Part shown: one piece after another, positions 12,401 through 24,000 of the stretch
Numbering within the stretch: position 1 is the first letter of the stretch
Layout: every line of letters begins with the position of its first letter
Assembly (NCBI GenBank): GCA_050273025.1
Contig: CP158635.1
Coordinates: forward strand, 2,666,001-2,730,000
Direction: 5' to 3'
DNA from: Cenococcum geophilum
Lineage: Eukaryota
DNA: 64,000 nt
Program-made: the position numbers and the translations under genes
Notes under the pieces: model-generated
What the model saw: the letters and a program-made list of their open reading frames with translations, nothing else
The model's database searches: none
What the model was told of the DNA's origin: nothing

Positions 12401-14812
12401 TCTAAGACAAATTGGAATTATTATTTAATAAAAGTAATAAGACTTAAGACGAGATTTAAGTTAATACTAAAGGGAGATAATAGGTGGAATCTGGTGGAAA
12501 TAAGGAAGAGCCTAATATTAAGAGTAGTAAGTAATAAGATTTAAGCTCTAAAGACAACTTAGCTTTAGGGCTTTTTACTTTAGATAAGATACTAAAACCT
12601 AACTTACCGGAGCCTCTACTACCGTCCTTAAATACCTTAGTAAAGAAGCCGCACTATATCCTAGTTCTAACCAATAAAGCTAAGCTAAAGAAGAAGATTA
12701 ATGGTGATATAGGAGAGCAAAACGTGGTTAAAGGAAAGAGACTTAAAAGACAATTAAAGATCTACGTAGGCTTTCTTACTAACGTCACCAACTAGAGCCT
12801 TTTAGCTTAAAGATTAGCCTTTAATATAGGGCTTACATTTTATAAAAAGCTGCACTGCAATTAGCTTCTACCGCTACTTAGAAATTAGAAGGAGCTTTAA
12901 AGACATTAATATAAGAAAGAGTTCGCGGCTACTACCCAAAAGGAATACACGGACCTTTAAAATTAAGGAACGTTTTAAGTCATTAATAAGACAATCTATA
13001 CCAAAACAGTGCCTATTATCTAGGTATTTATATATAAAACTAATATTAACGGATATCTAATAAGGTTTAAAGCTTGTCTTTACGCACGAGGTAATTTATA
13101 AAAGTTAATTTATAAGGATACCTATACCACAACTTTAGCAGCAAGATCGTTTAAAGCCTTAATAGCTATTATTGTAATATTTAACCTAAACTACTAGTAA
13201 GGCAACACTATTAATGCATTTATAAATAGTGTAATTAATAAGGTTATGTATATTAAGTATCCAGATAGATTTCTAATTAAGGGTAAGTGCCTACTTCTCC
13301 GAAGAGCCCTTTATGAATTAAGGCAATTACCTCTGCTATAGCACGGTAACTTAACAATAACGCTAAAAAAGGAAGGCTTAAAGCTAGTAGCGGAGGAGCC
13401 TTACCTATATTACAACGATTAGCTAATAGTCTTCTTCTATATTAACAATATTATAGCTATATTTAGAAAAAAAGACCTATTTAAGCTTTAAACCTTTAAG
13501 GAGCACCTTATAAGAAAGTATAAGATAAAGGACCTAGGTAACCTTACCTAGTTCTTAGGAATTTAAATTATCCGTAATAAAAAGAATAGAAAGCTCTGGC
13601 TTAGCTAGAATTCCTATATTAATAAAATTACGATAAGCTTTAAAGTTAAAGATTATTATAAGATATATACACTAATAGGTATTAAGGAACTTAAGCCTAA
13701 TCTAAAGTAAGCCTCTAAGTAGGATACCTACGCCTATTAGAGGAAAGTCGGATCTATACTCTATATAGCTAATATCACTTATCTAGATATAGTGAGAATA
13801 GTAAGTAAGCTATTAGAATTCTCACAAAATCCGTCACCAATTCACGATGTAGCTGCTATAAGGGTAATTACCTACCTTAATTAAACTAAGACTCTTATAA
13901 TTAAGTACTTAAAGGAGAATATAATGAACCAGATCTTCGCAAGGGCCAGCAACACATTATTTAGCAACAACCCAGTGAGTAGAAAGAGCATAGAAGGTTA
14001 TCTATTCACCTTATTTAGAGGGCTAATTAACTGGCGATCTATAAAGCAGAAGTTAGTAATAAAATTAAGTATGAAAGTAGAGCTTCTAGCCCTGTCGCAT
14101 GCAGCTACCGAGTCAATTTAGTGGTAGCAATTCTTTAAAGAAATTGGATTTAACCCTAATAAGAAGTAAACGATATATTGCGATAACCTATAAATAATTT
14201 AACTACTCACTAAAAGCAACGCGGAGCTTAATACTAAGCTTCAACACGTCAATATTTATTACTACTAGCTCCGCCAGGAAGTTCGTAAAGGAAGCATTAA
14301 TATTAAATAGGTGCCTACTGCGGATATAACAGCAGACGGCCTAATGAAGGCTCTACCTCGTTAAAAGCACGAGATATTTGTTTAGTAATTAAACCTCATT
14401 AATATTAAGGATCTAATTTAATTTAATTTAAATAATATTTAGGCAAGGTAAATATATAGAGGATTTCCTTTAACTTAACACCAAATTGCTATCGTAACTT
14501 TTTAGTATTTTCTATAGCAGCCCAGAAGGCTCTATGCAGCTAGGGGGGTATATCAACCTAAATCAAAGTTCCTTACTACCATCGTAATACTATCTAACGA
14601 CCTAGATCGTCTATACGAACTATGTCTCAGTTGTCTCATATCTTAAGCTCGTATATCTTATCGAACGTCTAATTACCTATTTCTCTTAACTATGACCTAC
14701 TACATAACGACGTCGTCGTCATTATATTTGGGACCTACCTAATGTATATAAGAGAGCTTCTAGAGCCCTCTTTAATAAAACAGAGTTCTCATTCCTGATC
14801 GTCTGTTCAACA
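9458..14812 (+). mobile_element. Complete Ty1/Copia LTR retrotransposon (5355 bp), RIP-inactivated
   Basis: LTRs at 9458-9719 and 14551-14812 (262 bp each), 5-bp TSD CAATT (9453-9457 / 14813-14817). GTTATAAGCCC follows the 5' LTR; PPT AGGGGGG at ~14542. Gag-PR-IN-RT-RH order: WHQQIGH (~11446), SQNGPAE (~11902), FFYVDDI-like (~13431), RHVDI.YHWLRQEV-like (~14242). Confidence 0.95.
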
Positions 14813-15178
14813 CAATTAGTTGTATAAGACGCAGAAGCTGCTAAGCAAAGAATTGACAGTCAGCAAAATCACAGTAGCGTTGACTAAGTGGTTGTGAATT
14901 TGAATTATGTCCTTACTTCGAATTAATCACGAACAAATTTCACGTTTGTGTTTTGCAGAGGAGAATTTTGATTTTCTGATCCCTCGGAAGGAGTGTGGAA
15001 TGCAATGGAGCTTAGGAATCTTTCTCAAGTATATAATACCCCAGCTCCTACTCCCTAAGAATATGCTGTAGAACATAAATGTGCACGAGAAAGGTAGCTC
15101 TAGTATGTCAATAAATCCTAGGACATGCACTACGTTTAGGACCAACAATCCCCCCTAAACAAACAAATAAGTCGTTCT

Positions 15179-15829
15179 TTAGGTCACCATTAATCTCGCT
15201 GACCTTCTATAGCTGACCTCTTGGTTCTCTGGCTCGTGCTCGTAGCAAATAATGATTTTCACTACACTCCCTGCCCTAGTTCCTATTTTACGCCACTTTG
15301 AACAAGGTCTCAGATCTTTCTGAGGCTGGCGGCAACAAGGCACAAAATTTTCAAAGCGAGGTGAAGGTTCATTCGGAGCCAAACTGTATGCAGCATTCCC
15401 GGTTGTTGGCGAGATCGGTCTAGAGAATTTTGGAACTCCCGCAAAAGGGTTTCTATCGGCGGTAAAATGGGCACGAGGCCTGCTAGACCCTTCTAGGTCG
15501 AAGTTTCCCTGGTTAGTTTCGACACCCTCCATTCGGTAAGCTTCTTGCTCCGTTTCAGTATCTTGGACGTCCTGCAGTTCCCAGGCATGTAACTTATATC
15601 CCTGGGGTTTTTCGTGGAATATTGATGGTGAAGCAGCTAGGGGTAACTGATCTTGCAGGCGTTTTCGGCCTAATAGTGATTGGCAGGCTTTATCGACATC
15701 GTCCTCTTTGACTGTGGGTTTGGACAGCTTTGGCCGTGATAGTAGAGGAGCACTTAGTGCGCGATCCTTCCGAGTGATTTTCTTCGGCACCTCCCGCTCT
15801 TCGTCAAGACAGCCCACATGATCAAGCAT
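15179..15829 (-). CDS. Hypothetical protein (216 aa ORF, non-ATG start in track; true start unresolved)
   Basis: Longest ORF in the non-RIPed island, with balanced composition. No recognisable domain. Confidence 0.35.
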   Translation of the reverse strand: MLDHVGCLDEEREVPKKITRKDRALSAPLLSRPKLSKPTVKEDDVDKACQSLLGRKRLQDQLPLAASPSIFHEKPQGYKLHAWELQDVQDTETEQEAYRMEGVETNQGNFDLEGSSRPRAHFTADRNPFAGVPKFSRPISPTTGNAAYSLAPNEPSPRFENFVPCCRQPQKDLRPCSKWRKIGTRAGSVVKIIICYEHEPENQEVSYRRSARLMVT

Positions 15830-16426
15830 TTCCCAGATGTTGTCTATTGAGGATAGTGGCCTATTTTATTGGCCTTGGAGACTTCCTTATGTCGTCTAAT
15901 TTGTCTTGCGTAGTCCCAAGGTCTTCAGGTAGACAAGAATGTAGAAAATAATTTAGGAGAGAGGTTTAAGAAGTTGAGGAATCCCCGCTAATGTAACTGT
16001 CAGATAATCTGTATTCTCGGTGGCGTAGGACGTGCACGAGTCACGTGCACGGGGCACGTGCATTGTAAAATCTCTTCGTAGCTTAAAGCCCCAAGGGTCA
16101 AAGTCAATCAAGCTTCAAGAAGGGACTTGATCAAGATCATCAATCAATCAACCCATTTCATCAATGAATAGCTCTATATGAACTATCTGACAGTAACGAA
16201 CGCGCCAGGTCCCTTCACTAATATGACAGCACCAGTAGCTGTCCCATGTATTGCACCACGCGGTGTTCGTTAATGAGTTAGATGACGACTCGGATAATAT
16301 TCGGCGGGAAGAGAAGGTGTATTGATTACACAAATTTGGTATTCATTTATTAAACACCAAGCCCGCTATTTACTGGGACTGAACCTATGACATATAAGTA
16401 AATTTTCTGGCTTTCTAGCTGAATTC

Positions 16427-17109
16427 TAGAGTGTCCAAGAGCTAGCAACGTTGACAGCGAAGCTGCCAAGAGGCTGATAACGTAAGCAGTCAGCGAGCTT
16501 GTAACTTAGAGTTGTGACAGTTAGTCAGCTATAAGACTGCAGCTAGCTGACAGCGAAGATGCCTTAGTGGTAAGATTTGGTGGTGAGTTGAAGCTGTTGG
16601 TAGAAGCTGAGAATATTCGGATCTTCGGCTGAGATCCGGTTGGTTAATTATACGCCAAGTAAATCTTACTGGCTATAAGCTAACTATAGAGGCAGAAAAG
16701 CCAGCTTGGTAAGATATATTTAATAGAGCTTCGTATTTGATTAAATCTGACATAGAAACAGAGCCTCCGGAGCCCTTACTACTACCTTCTTTCCTTCTTT
16801 ACTACTGACGTTACTACTGACCGTTCTACCTACCTTTTAAGCCTGTACGGGTGCGCAGGACGAATTTAACTATATTTAAATACTATATTGGGTAAATTAG
16901 GGCTGAATTTTAATCGGGCAATGTTAATATTTGCGTGTGGAGAGGTACTGCCAAAAACCCGCAATAAAACATCACGAAGTCTATATTACTTGCCTAATTG
17001 GGACAGCTAGCTGACAGCGTGACAGTCAGCGGACAGCGAGCGATCCAATTGACGCAGTCACTAAGCTATAAGGCTCAGCTCGCAGCCAGGCTGACTGTTG
17101 GACACACTG
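16427..17109. mobile_element. Non-autonomous TIR element (MITE, 683 bp) with 10-bp TSD
   Basis: Left end TAGAGTGTCCAA, right end reverse complement CAGTGTGTCCAA. Direct repeat AGCTGAATTC at 16417-16426 and 17110-17119. Multiple TGACAG/CAGTCA subterminal motifs at both ends. Confidence 0.8.
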
Positions 17110-17712
17110 AGCTGAATTCACAAGTGTAGTCATTTCTTAGGGTCGCTTGTCATATTCATGAATTTCAGTAGAACAGAAAATGACGAATAGAATAGTAATC
17201 CTTACTGTAAGAATATATAGCTCCGGGGAGGCCAGTTGCGTCATTATATAATACGGGATGACCTAACCATACAAACACTGCTGTTTTCAAATCTCAACCT
17301 AAAACAATAACGCTCCTTACACAGGCGCGCTGGATGGATTGTTCGTAGTTAATTCAGACGGGAAGGCCTTTTTTCAAAACCTAAAGAATCCACCCGTTCT
17401 CAGATGTTTTGTGAAGCAATGAAGTAGGCATAAAAAAGGTCAATAGCAATGCACTTTTACAAGAAGTAGCCAAGACGGAATAATGAATGCACGCTTTTGA
17501 AATGCACTCCAAACGCACAGCAATCTCTATTCAGGGTATAAACCTCTACATAAAGATTAGCTAAGGAACGGAAGTGCAAATAGAACAGGAATTATCGGGT
17601 TCCTTTTCACAGAAGGCAAATAGCTGGAGGGAAGGCGCATGGAAACTCGCTAAAGGAAGCACCTACTTTCTCTAATATCCTAAACACGATTCCCAAAACG
17701 CCCAATGAAGCA

Positions 17713-18135
17713 TTATGTAGAAACACTAATCAATGTTAGTCTCAGCCCTCACTCACATCGTCATCTCGCTTACCTCAACAACCTTTCCCTATCAATATCC
17801 ATCGGCTGAACATTCCCAATGCGCTCTTGCTTAGCGACACGCCTGAGCTTCTTCAGTGGTCTCTTCAACTTCATAATCGCCCTCACAACATCCCACGTCG
17901 CACCCATTCGCTTGGCTTGCTTATCAACTCCAAGCTGATCTGGGGGCACAAAGTCGTCAAAGGTAAGATTCCGGTTGCAATATTTGGTCCAGCCATTGTT
18001 AGGATCCCGTGACCGGGCCTGTGCGCGCGGTCTGCCATGAATGTTTGGTTTTGGCGCGACGGGCGCAGGCGATGTAATTTTGAGGCCGAAGCCTCCCAGC
18101 TCAGGTTGCTGCCTCGGCTTCTGGTCCTCACGCAT
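17713..18135 (-). CDS. Small basic hypothetical protein, two exons (18135-17774, 17725-17713)
   Basis: ATG at 18135. 48-bp intron 17726-17773 with GTAAGC donor, ACTAAC branch site and TAG acceptor. Spliced C-terminus ...RERLLSVST*. No RIP signature. Confidence 0.55.
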
Positions 18136-18729
18136 TCTCCTGCGTGATCCTTGTGCTCAGTCACCGGAGTCCTCGGTGTGTTTAATGAGTGACGTAACTT
18201 AATCCTCGTACAGTGATCCGTCTGTTTTTGAATGGTTCCCGGAGAGGATGAAGGGACTCTAGGTGGAAGTCCATTGAAATAGTGAAAGTGCGGCTGAGGA
18301 AGAAGAGAAAGGCTGGGGGGAAGTGAAGCGGGGCAGGCTGAAGTGTGCAGGACGTGGCTGCCGATTATCAGGTTGATTGGAGATGCACGATTAGGTAAGC
18401 AACATAGTGAACCTGTTAGATTGTACCAATTTCAGGTCAAATGGGATATAGGGGTGGTAAACATTTGGAATCGCCGCTGCGTTTTAGCGCTGCGGAAATG
18501 GTGGTTTATATGCTAGCTGTTTTGTGAACCGGCAAGTAGCGATCCGTTAAGGAGATATACTTCGACCGTGCGTATAGGTCGGCTAAACCACGCTAAAAGG
18601 TCGGCCCGATAAGCGAAACCTCTGCCTACTACACTAAATCTGACCTTCCCTTTTTTACTTTGACCTTACCTTCCACCTCACCTTCTATTATAAATCTATT
18701 AAATCTATTTAAAATCTATTTAAAATATA

Positions 18730-19849
18730 ATGTCCAGTACTCTAAAGAGCTGTGTAAGCTATCTGTAACCCGTTCTAAACCTATTTTAATAGTTTAGGCT
18801 ACTTACAAAGCCTACCTAAAAATGGAGAGGCTCCCTAAGGGAGTAGATGCTTTTGTTATGGTAAGTAGTTTTGGATATATTTAGAACATATTCCTAATAT
18901 AATACTAGCGCGATAATAAGGTGGATTTAACTATGGGGGAGGTTTTCTGTTAGTATAATGTCTCGCCTAATCTAGAGAATCCGGTACTATGTAGGGTAAG
19001 TAGATAAGTATATTGGGTTTATAATATATTGCTAATATATTTATAACGCGTTTAGAAAAAGGTTAGAGATTATAGCGCCCTTAGAAATTATATAAAGAAG
19101 TATGGTATTAGAACTAAGAATGTTGGAAAGGGAGGGGCTCCTTTTATTAAGAAGTAAGAAGAAGTAATAGGTATATATTCTAAACGTATTCTTAATATAT
19201 TTATAACTAGTTACTAACCTATTACAGCCTTCTATTTTGTGATTATAGCTATATATAATTAGAACGTGTTAGGAACCGCTTCTAAACATAATTCTACTAG
19301 TCTAGGCCGCTCTGCTTCTGCCTAACCCCCCTATACCCCTACCCCGGCTCCCCTTAGCCGCCCTTTTAGAACTACTGCCCCATAATTAACGGCTCCTATT
19401 TAAAAGAAAGTTATACCTATTAAATTTAAGAGTGGGCCTTAAAAAGGCGATATAAGATATTCCTAACGTGTTTGTAATATATTCTAATTTATTTCCTAGT
19501 ATAACTTTCCTAAAATAGTTACTCTGCTTAAGGAATTGGATGCTAAGGTTTTATATACTAAGTGTTTAAACATAACTTCTAATTGTAAGTTAATTTAGAA
19601 CCCATTTTAAACCGGTTAAGAATATAATCTAAATTTATTATAGCTTACTTATTTAAGGGTTGTCTTAATTAGAGCTACTTCCTTAATAATAGGTTGGATA
19701 ATACTAAGACTTCTACTCTAGCTCCTACTAAGACTTCTAAAAAGGGTTTAAAGAAGTCAGGTTTAAAACGTTTAAAGGCTATAAAGAGAAAGGCTGCTAA
19801 ACCTACTGGAATTACAGAGGAGGATATTATAGTAGCTATGTTTTTATAG
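18730..19849 (+). pseudogene. Accessory multi-intron gene of MULE X1 (putative C2H2-type zinc-finger protein)
   Basis: ATG at 18730 and several short GT..AG introns. Reverted exons give EVFCRYNVSPDPENPVLC...LRNHIKKHG, a Pro-rich segment and a Lys-rich tail. Homologous to 28986-30123. Confidence 0.55.
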
Positions 19850-21027
19850 ATAACCTGGAATTTAATTTATAATATATTCGTAATATGTTACGAATGGAAT
19901 CTTATAGATAGAGTTTGGATTTAAATTTTAATAGGATTCTATATCACTTTAGAACGTGTTTATAACACGTTAGGTAGCGAAAATAAAAGTTATTAGTTAA
20001 ATTATAATGTTTATTAAATTTTACTAACTTTATCTCTTTTTAATAAACTCCCTTTATATATTTTATAATTATAATAAAAGAAAATCTTTATTTTTAAAAA
20101 TAGTATAATTATATAGTTAAAAAAACCTTCTAAATTTTATTATATTGTATAATTTTAAATAAATATTAATAATTTTTTAAAGTATATAATTTTTAAGCTA
20201 ATATTATTTTTTATTTTTTATTTTTTAAAATATTTATCTAAATAATATATAAAATTAATTATAAAATTAGTTAATATAAGACTTATTATTTTAAATTAAG
20301 TATTAACTAATAACTTTCTATAGGTAACTATATTTATATATATAAATAAGGCTTAAATATATAAATAGTAAAAAGTAAAAAGTAAAAAAATTAATTTTTG
20401 TTAAATAGAATAAAGAGGTATTAAGATTTCTTATAGTCTTTTTTTCTATTTTTTTACTATTTAATAGTTATTAGTATCTTAGTATTTTATTAAATAACTA
20501 TAAATTCCTAATTAAAACATTTATAATTTATTAATATATAATTACTAATATATATTAAGCTGCTTAAAATGGATATATATATATATAAAACTATAGCGCT
20601 ATAGTCTAGACGCTGTGTATATAGTATTATATATAGTATTAAACGTTATATAATTAAATAAGTATAAAAAAGGCCTAAATATAAGTATATTTTAATAGGA
20701 ATATAATAGGAATATATTTAGAACGTATTTTATATTTAATATACTTATTTTTATATACAAGCCTTTATTGCCTCTAGTTAAATCCTTTTTTCTATATTCT
20801 CTAGCTCCTTTACCTTTAATTTAATCTCTATTTTATAAAGTTTAAGCCTTTAGCGTCTTTCCTAAATATCCTAGTTATTGCTTAAGGCCTAACGCTTTAG
20901 TAACTACGAGAGATTAGTGCTAATACGCCTAGAACGTATTAGTAACTAGTTATATATATATTAGAATATAAATATACCTTATAATTTCTTAAATACTATA
21001 AAGGATAACCTAAAACGCGATATAGAT

Positions 21028-24000
21028 TGTCACGGCATTAACCTAACGCATACTGTTTTATACTGTCTCGTACTATTTCCTACTATTGGCTAGCCTACTA
21101 CTAGTGACTTAGCGGCCGGCCCTACTATTTATATACAATACCCCCTTTCCACCTTCTTTCCCTCTTTATACCATAACGTAGTTATTTAGTCTACTTTATT
21201 ACAGTACTGTGACAGTTTATAGTATCTTTAATTTGCGCCCTATCGCGATTACTAATTCCTTATACCCTAGCTAATTAACCTCCGCCCTAAAGCAATCGCG
21301 ACCTACGCGCGCCTCTGCTGAAACTAATACGTCCCCAGCATAGTCCTAGAATAATCCTTAGTTTTTACCCAGTACCTAAATAGGCGACACTAACGACGCC
21401 AAGATAGCTGAAACCTAGAACCCCCGCGATGTTTTTGTAGACCTCTTTACAGAGATATACCCTAATATCGCGTGGACAATCCGCTACTCCCCACTGTATC
21501 CTAAAACCTTTAAGCCTAGTAAAGCTTACCTTACCCTTATTAACTATACCAACGAGTTCCTTAATAATATTAAAGTAGGACTATAGTGTATATATAACAT
21601 AAACACTACTAATAAGAAAGCTAACGAAAACTTTAGTGCCCTTATTGCTTTCTAAATAGGAACTATTAACTCCCAGGTAAAGACTATCGCTATTCTAAAA
21701 CAATTAACCCCTATAACAACGGTAGTAACCTAGTAGAAAAAACGGAGATCTAAAAACCCACTAATATTTAGCGGAAAAGGTACCCCGCTAGAATAATAAG
21801 CTAATTTTAAGACCTAGCATATTAAAATTAAGGGAGTCTTTAACCGGGACTAGAACTACTTTAACACAGTTTAGTCCTAGATCCTTTATATCTTAGATAT
21901 GCTAAAGGATAAGGCCTATAAGTTTATTAAGTAGGGCCTAGAGCTTATACATAAGAACCTAAATAACACATCTACGTAGAAATGGCCCACTAAGGAAGAT
22001 ATGCTTAAAGACCTTACTACCTACTGTAAGGTCCTTAATATAACCTAGGTTGCAAAGAATAAGCTTAACTATTTCCCCTAGGGCGAGCGTAATTACTAGT
22101 CCTAGAAGGGAGAGCTTAATAAGCTAATAGTCCGCGCTAAAAAGACGGACGAATAGAAGGTGGACCTACTCTAAAAGTTTATCTCTCCAAAGATGGAAGA
22201 GCTAGTACTTAAACTTGTCTATAAAATTAACAACAGCGACTATATAGGTTAGAGTAAGTAGATAGATATATTTACTAAGAACCTCGCGAACTATACACAC
22301 CGAGTTAACCTTAAAAAGAACGCTAACCACCGCCTACCTACCTAAGCCCCTACCCCTATGTTAACCCTAACCTTAGTAGTAACTAAAGAACCTATAGACC
22401 TTAATGGAATCTTAGATACAGAGCATAAGCGTTACGTTAATAATAGACTATACCTTACCTATAGCCTACCTAGCCACTAAAAGGACACCTATAACCCTGC
22501 TAAGATAGTAAACCCAGTCCTAATACCACCCTATTAAATAACGTAAACTAATAACCGCAGACGCGGTAACTGTAGGGTCTATTATAAACGCGGCAACCGC
22601 GGAGCCTATTATAGCCGCGGCGGACGACCCCCCCCCCTTTAACCCTATGGCTTAGTTACTTTAAACCATGCCCTATATAGGAGCCTAACCCGTTAATAAC
22701 GCCTAGTATTAGCAACTCCGCGCTAGCGAATATAAACACAGCTATATTATCGGCGAGGTATTATCTTCCTATACCCTAACTAAGACTAAAACTAACACCG
22801 CTAGCTAAACGGACACTGGACCACCCTACTAAGACAGCCCCATACCCTAGTCGTTAAAAGGCAGACCTTTAAACTAAGTCGTGTCTAAGGGTTTAAACTA
22901 TATAAGAAGAAAAACGAGAAGATTAGGTCCCTATTACTAGATTAATTAGTCCTTTCTATTAGTAAGCTGCCACTTAATCTTAGATTAGCAAATAATAATA
23001 AAAAATTAATCCTTATTTAAACCTAACTATTCTTATTACGTAACCTATACCCCTAAGTTTATATTAATACAGTAAGCCTAGTAGACTCCAGTAGTACTAT
23101 AATGGCATTTACTAACGCAGAGTTTATTATAAGAAAGTATAATATTATAACTAAGAAGCTGCTAATATCTAGGCCACTGCGCCTCGTAGACAGTATCTTA
23201 ACTTCGCTTATTACGGACTACTTTACCGCCTAAATATTAATCGGCCTCTATACTAAAGCTATACTCTTTTTTATTACTAAACTCTCGCCTACTACCCTAA
23301 TTATTTTAGGTATACCTTAGCTTCAGAAGCACGAGCCCTGTCCTAGCTTTAGGAAACTTAAAATCCGCTTTAACTTAGATTACTACTTTAGGTACTGCCT
23401 TCTATAGGGGATAACCGACGGTAGCAGGGACGCCCTATATAGATACTTAGCACTACTAACCCTAGTGCCTAGGACTATATATAAAGCCCTAATAGTAGAA
23501 GATATTCCTAATAAAGGGGAGCCTATATAGCTATAAAGAAACAAGATAGTAAAAGACTGGACTACCCTAGCACTTAAAACTAAAACAATGGGCCAGCCAG
23601 CCCTACCGAGACTAAAAAAAAAGGTCCGCTTTGCGCCGCTACTATTAAGAATTTAACCCCAACCTAGGCACTATTTAAACCCTAGCCGCCCAGCCCAATA
23701 CCTAAAACTAAGCCATATGCTATATACGCATACTATAGCTCGCGTTATAGCAAGAACTAGCTATAGAACTACTAAGACCCGGATAATAAAAACCGCGCCA
23801 CCGTAACGCCTAACCTTATACCCGTCTCCTACGCGTACTATATAGGGCCGCCGCCTTGTTTCCGCCCCCCTAGGCTAACTAAGCTATACTAGCCTAGCCG
23901 TAGCATTAGAGAACCAGATACGCCCTAACCTAGACGATATTAAATACACTTATACTATTAATTTCACCTAGTTCTATAAATAAAAAGACGTAAAGGTAAT

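Noticed and set aside
10075..14121. Short ORFs at 10075, 10972 and 13924 as separate genes
   Set aside because: They are stop-free remnants of the Copia gag-pol polyprotein.
16031..16062. Cluster of CACGTG/GTGCAC palindromes upstream of ORF 15179-15829
   Set aside because: Could be bHLH sites, but the motifs are short and the downstream gene is itself uncertain; not enough support.
18573..18600. X1/X2 as Tc1/mariner elements (TA|CAGGTCGG ends)
   Set aside because: Similarity between copies extends outward to GTGCG, and 9-10-bp TSDs lie beyond that; the TA is internal to the TIR.
19950..20750. Extremely AT-rich tract as a centromere or origin
   Set aside because: It is the internal spacer of the MULE-like element and is duplicated in X2 (~30250-31280).
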